Source: Bdellovibrionota bacterium
GTDB lineage: Bacteria; Bdellovibrionota_C; UBA2361; OMII01
Direction: 5' to 3'
Assembly (NCBI GenBank): GCA_044345405.1
Contig: JBIJBE010000009.1
Coordinates: forward strand, 1 to 64,000
Length of the DNA stretch: 64,000 nucleotides
The notes under the pieces were generated by a model, which saw only the letters and a list, made by a program, of their open reading frames with translations, had not been told where the DNA came from and ran no database searches. The position numbers were made by a program, and so were the translations under genes. Positions 59,696 to 64,000 of this stretch are shown here, one piece after another (the first letter of the stretch is position 1; the number at the start of each line of letters is the position of its first letter).

Positions 59696-60589
59696 TTACT
59701 TCTTCACGATCTTAATCGCCACGTTCCATCCGGGCGTGGTGCGCAGCGTCATCTTGCTCGTGTCACGATACGCTTCATTCGTCGCCGTACCGAGCTGGGC
59801 GGGCGCTACGTAACTCGTTGGACAGTAGGTCTTATGGTTTTGGAACGCCGCAACATTGTGAGGAACAAAGAAATAGCTAGTAGCGCCAGCTCTTCCGACG
59901 AATCCCTCACCGTAGCTGCCCCCCGATGGAGCGAAGAAGGTGATGTACCGACTAACAGAATTTCCTTGGAGCTGCGGGGACTGCATTACCACGTTAACAT
60001 GGTGGCCGATAACGCGTGTTGTGTTCGTGCTGAAGAAGGTCATGTGGATCTCACATCCAGGCCCTGGATCCTCTCCGCACAACGTTCCAAGGTCGATTGT
60101 TTCGCACGATGACTCAGCTACGAAGTACCGAGCCGATGGCATTTCGCCGGTGGGTCCAGCTGGACCACGAGCGCCCGCCGCGCCTGCGGCACCTGGCGCT
60201 CCGGGGAGCCCCTGCTCACCACGTTCACCCTTGTCGCCACGATCGCCCTTGTCTCCTTTCTCTCCTCTATCGCCTCTGTCGCCCTTGAGACCCTGAGCAC
60301 CGACGTCTCCCTTCTCACCCTTACCAGTTGCGATCAGTCCTGGAATTACGACAACGCCAGTCGTTGTTGAGGAGCCTCCGAGGCTCTTCGCGATCACCGC
60401 TGTTGACTGTTTGAGGATACGAATTGAATTGAGAACGCTCGAGTGTTTCTTTTTATTCGCAGCGTCTTGTTGGCGGTCATAGACCGAGGAGCGATTGACT
60501 TGTGTTTGAGCGTGCGCTGTCAGGGTAAAGAGAGACGCGAGCGCTACGGTTGTCGTGAATACAAGACGGGAACAACGGATACGTGACAT
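59696..60589 (-). CDS. Secreted collagen-like (Gly-X-Y) protein
   Basis: AHA-Q signal peptide, about 20 Gly-X-Y triplets, Cys-containing globular C-terminus; GGAGG RBS. Confidence 0.85.
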   Translation of the reverse strand: MSRIRCSRLVFTTTVALASLFTLTAHAQTQVNRSSVYDRQQDAANKKKHSSVLNSIRILKQSTAVIAKSLGGSSTTTGVVVIPGLIATGKGEKGDVGAQGLKGDRGDRGEKGDKGDRGDKGERGEQGLPGAPGAAGAAGARGPAGPTGEMPSARYFVAESSCETIDLGTLCGEDPGPGCEIHMTFFSTNTTRVIGHHVNVVMQSPQLQGNSVSRYITFFAPSGGSYGEGFVGRAGATSYFFVPHNVAAFQNHKTYCPTSYVAPAQLGTATNEAYRDTSKMTLRTTPGWNVAIKIVKK

Positions 60590-60902
60590 AGGTTAAAACC
60601 TCCAATTAAAAACCATCGGCCCAACCCAAGGGCCGCTACCTTTTGTTGTGATATGGTCCAATTCGGGCTCTAGGTGACGCGGGAATGCTATTTTTTTCAG
60701 CCAAGGGGGATAATCGACAGAAGGCGGCTAGAAGATCCTCGTAGAGGATAGAGCCGATCTATACCACCATGTAGCGCGGCGAAGCGGCCCTGGAGATAAC
60801 GAAAGCGTAACATCACCTCAAGTGGGTCGAATCTCTCTCATTCTAACGTCACACCTGAGATCGGCTCACCCATAATCATCCTAGTGTTTAAGCGGTTGTT
60901 AC

Positions 60903-61859
60903 ATGAGCCGTTTTATTTTTGGGGTTTGTATGAGTCTACGTTCAGTTTCAGCTATTCTTCTGTCCTCTATCGCTTTCATCTCCACATCCAACCTGACCCA
61001 CGCTCAGTCCGCCTCGCCGGCGGAGCTCCTCGCGGCCATGAAGCAGGGGAATATCAATATCGAAAATGATGTCAAAAACATTCAGACCCGCTGCGCTAAT
61101 CAACAAAAACGAAAAGAGCTTCTTGAGCAGGAGATCCTGAAACGCAAGCCTGAATTGACCTCGCTCTCCGCTTCCAAGACAGCGCTCACAGAGCTGCTCA
61201 AGCAGAAGGACGCGACGCTCCAAGGAAGAAGCAAGACGCTCGCTGCGCTTCGAGCATCCATCACCGATCTTCAGGATGCGATTAAAAACGCCAACACCTC
61301 GACAACCACTCGACTTGCCACCCTTAGAACGGAGCGGGACGCCGCTAAAAAAGTCGTCCAGGAAACCACCAAAAATATCAACTCGCTTGACGATGTATTC
61401 GAGAAGTGGAAGGACGAGGGAAGCAACGAGTTTACCCTCTATCGAGCGCAGTTTAAGGATGAGAACAACAAGCTTCTCCCTCCTGAGAAGCGCGTTGAGT
61501 TAACCCAACAGGAGAAGAGCGCGCTTGATTATCTAAAGTCATATGACTCTATGCGCTCCACCCTTACTCAAACTAAAACAACTAATGAGGCGACCATTAT
61601 CCAAAAGGATAAAGCGATCACTGACCTGACGGCCGGACGAAAAGAGACGGTTCAGGAGCTGCAACGTAAGCTTGCGGAGAAGCAGGCCGCTGTGCCGGCT
61701 ACGATAGCCTCCGTAACCGCGGCTCAAGTGGACTTTAACCGCGCCCAAGGTGATCTGAGATTCGTGACCGCTCGTATCGCGACGCTCTCAAGCATCGTGA
61801 TCCCGAACATCCCGACGGTGTGCACCTTTATCAATCAGATGTCCACACCGAGAGCCTAA
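60903..61859 (+). CDS. Secreted long coiled-coil protein
   Basis: THA-Q signal peptide, heptad-like helical sequence, one Cys near each end; start may be 60930. Confidence 0.7.
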   Translation: MSRFIFGVCMSLRSVSAILLSSIAFISTSNLTHAQSASPAELLAAMKQGNINIENDVKNIQTRCANQQKRKELLEQEILKRKPELTSLSASKTALTELLKQKDATLQGRSKTLAALRASITDLQDAIKNANTSTTTRLATLRTERDAAKKVVQETTKNINSLDDVFEKWKDEGSNEFTLYRAQFKDENNKLLPPEKRVELTQQEKSALDYLKSYDSMRSTLTQTKTTNEATIIQKDKAITDLTAGRKETVQELQRKLAEKQAAVPATIASVTAAQVDFNRAQGDLRFVTARIATLSSIVIPNIPTVCTFINQMSTPRA

Positions 61860-61886
61860 CCACTCAGCTACTTCGTAGTGTACATC

Positions 61887-61924
61887 GCCGGCGAGCTCTC
61901 ATGTGGGAGCTCGCCGGCTTTTTT
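61887..61924 (+). terminator. Rho-independent terminator
   Basis: GCCGGCGAGCTC/GAGCTCGCCGGC stem followed by TTTTTT, between convergent genes. Confidence 0.85.
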
Positions 61925-61930
61925 GTGGCG

Positions 61931-63742
61931 TTAGTCGCAACGACTTACCGTTCGAGGCAACTTGGAGATCTCCGCTCGAAGCTGCTCGAGGTAATGAATC
62001 GTTTGTGGCCGAGTGTCGGGCTTCGCTCCCGGCTTGTGTCCGCACGCCGCTAGAGCGCGCAGCTTAGCTCGCTTAGCGCTTCCGAACAGGCTCTGCGCCA
62101 AGATGTTGAGAGCCGCCTTGTCGCTCGCCAGAGACACGCTCGGGCACACGCTCGCGGAGCATCGTAGCTCTGAATTTTTAAACGCTGAGGCCAAGCGGCG
62201 TTCAAACGTTCTTCGATTGGCGATCGCGCCCTGCTCAAGTGACGTTGGATACGCCCCTCCACACGCCGCGGCTCGCTTCCCGAAACGAGGGACTCTCGCG
62301 AAGAGCGAGTTGAGACGCCGAGTAACCGCCGCTTTCTTTCTCGTGAGTTCTACCGAACCGCACGGAGGGGAGGTAGTAGCTCCTACGTACGATAGATTCA
62401 ACTTGTCACGATCCTGCATATCATCAAACGCGTCATCGATGCCGTTTTGATTTGTGTCGAATCCAGAAGGAGTAACGTCAGCTACGTCATCTCCATTGAG
62501 ATCAAACGCCTCAGTTATGTCTCCGGTGCCATCATTATCAGAGTCGGTATCCGCGGCGTCCGGAGTTCCATCGCCATCGCTATCGGTCAATGGATTACCG
62601 GTCTCAGACGAGAGTCCATCATCAACACCATCGGTGTTCCCATCAACGCCGGACGGGGTTGGCTCAGGACCCGTTGGATTACGCTCGATCGCGTCCCCTA
62701 CTCCATCGCCATCCGAATCCCGATCGAGGAAATTGGGATCGCCATCGCCATCAAGATCTCCCGTACCTTCAACACCGTCAGTTATCGTGTCGCCATCACT
62801 GTCTTGATCGAGATAGTTCGACGAGCCGTCACCATCAAAGTCCTCTGCGCCCTCGGTGTTGTCCGGTATGGTGTCACCATCGGTGTCACCGGAGCCAAGC
62901 GGAGTTGGGGTCGGAGTTGGGGTCGCGGCTGGATCGGGCGTGGGAGTTCCACTCACGTAGGCGGACTGACACGCCCCGATAAGGATGTGATACGAGGGAG
63001 CTCCGGTTTGAACGAACGATTGATACTCGAAGGTAATCTCACTAAGCGAAACGTTAGGTTGAAACCATATAGCTCCCGCTTCGGTATCACCGGAGGAGGT
63101 GTCGATCGTCGTGTGCCAGGTAGAGGCCGTACTCTCCGATCCAACCACCGCCACCTCAGCGGGATCCCAGAAAGGTATATTGAGTCCATCAACGGTAGGG
63201 CTTGCGTCGAAGGTTTGAATGAACCAGCTCGCCATCGTCGCGAGCGGTACACTAGCTCCAGTCGCGTCCTTCGCGCGAAACCGCGTCTGATCGACATCCA
63301 TATCCACAAGCGAGAATCCCCAACCGGATGGTGGCGTTGGTTGGTTGAAGCGGATTGTAACGGTGACCTTTTTCGTGATTGGCCTTCCTGGGAGAATACT
63401 ATTGGTCTTCGTACGGATGTTAAGGTTAGTGGCGTTCTTCGCGCTTCCGTAGACACCCACCATGGAGTTGCCTCCCCCGAACGGTTCATCGGTGCCAACG
63501 TTAATGTATTGAATGGTGCCTGAACCTTCCCACGTAAAATCGGGCAGAACAGATACCCGGCCGGCGGGGAGGGCAAACGATCCAGAACCTGAGGTCGCGG
63601 TTGCTTGCGAGAAGGTCGCGTAGACGCCAGAGAGGCCCTCGCTACAGGTTTGTGGGGCGGCGTACACTGTAGCCGGCGAGATAAAAAGAGCGGTCGTAAG
63701 CGCGATAAGCGCCGGCACTCGTCGAATCATGGGTATCCTCAC
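61931..63742 (-). CDS. Secreted protein with Pro/Thr linker and thrombospondin type-3-like DxDxDG calcium-binding repeats
   Basis: VYA-A signal peptide, PTPTPTP linker, many DSDGDG repeats, basic Cys-containing helical C-terminal domain. Confidence 0.8.
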   Translation of the reverse strand: MRIPMIRRVPALIALTTALFISPATVYAAPQTCSEGLSGVYATFSQATATSGSGSFALPAGRVSVLPDFTWEGSGTIQYINVGTDEPFGGGNSMVGVYGSAKNATNLNIRTKTNSILPGRPITKKVTVTIRFNQPTPPSGWGFSLVDMDVDQTRFRAKDATGASVPLATMASWFIQTFDASPTVDGLNIPFWDPAEVAVVGSESTASTWHTTIDTSSGDTEAGAIWFQPNVSLSEITFEYQSFVQTGAPSYHILIGACQSAYVSGTPTPDPAATPTPTPTPLGSGDTDGDTIPDNTEGAEDFDGDGSSNYLDQDSDGDTITDGVEGTGDLDGDGDPNFLDRDSDGDGVGDAIERNPTGPEPTPSGVDGNTDGVDDGLSSETGNPLTDSDGDGTPDAADTDSDNDGTGDITEAFDLNGDDVADVTPSGFDTNQNGIDDAFDDMQDRDKLNLSYVGATTSPPCGSVELTRKKAAVTRRLNSLFARVPRFGKRAAACGGAYPTSLEQGAIANRRTFERRLASAFKNSELRCSASVCPSVSLASDKAALNILAQSLFGSAKRAKLRALAACGHKPGAKPDTRPQTIHYLEQLRAEISKLPRTVSRCD

Positions 63743-64000
63743 AGAAGGGAGATGCCCTCAAAGGCTAGCCTCCGCGTTCGAGCGCTGTCTATACGAAAAA
63801 GCGAACGAGAGCCGGCAGAACTTAGGCGAGGCGCCCTCTCCTGGTTTCTCGTATTCCACGTATCACCATCTCCTACGTGCGTGATTTCGCACTACCGTCC
63901 CTTTAGGATGGCCCTCCTCCGTCCGAACACTCCTTAGAGGGGAACGCTATGATCAACCACTATCTTCGACGCTCCATTAGGGTACTGATACCGGTAGCTC

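Noticed and set aside
62447-63523. 358-aa plus-strand ORF and other long antisense ORFs (18251-19060, 19558-20346, 16306-16959)
   Set aside because: Shadow frames of well-supported genes on the opposite strand with no recognisable motifs
1-64000. tRNA, rRNA or known riboswitch genes
   Set aside because: No convincing T-loop/cloverleaf or rRNA signature found by eye; a tRNAscan/Infernal run is needed to exclude them fully

Overview
Bacterial chromosomal window with no rRNA, tRNA or CRISPR array that I can see. From left to right it holds: the end of a surface-glycan modification cluster (0.3-7.5 kb); a TM0106-type RecB-nuclease/SF1-helicase; an accessory sigma70; secreted proteins and trypsin-like proteases; a defence island at about 27.4-43.5 kb; five type II toxin-antitoxin loci; REP/BIME-like repeats bracketing a 1650-aa M48-peptidase/ABC1-kinase-like fusion; and secreted collagen, coiled-coil and DxDxDG proteins. 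The island carries an EcoKI-like type I R-M system with two HsdM paralogues (NPPF and NPPY), a degenerate M-S fusion, a Trp-repeat nuclease, and SRA-HNH and GIY-YIG nucleases. The best candidate for an undescribed system is an unrecognised ~150-aa domain (F-x-W-[ST]-x-A-V ... LAASLD[YS]A-x-x-K-x-P-x-W ... FG ... RKRxG) present four times, in two separate three-gene cassettes. Each cassette has one stand-alone copy, one copy fused to a different sensor-like C-terminal domain, and one SAM methyltransferase; one of these methyltransferases resembles the eukaryotic RNA-cap methyltransferase Tgs1. Also notable are three REP hairpins each carrying a 30-nt insert in the loop. Family assignments come from motif recognition by eye, not database searches.
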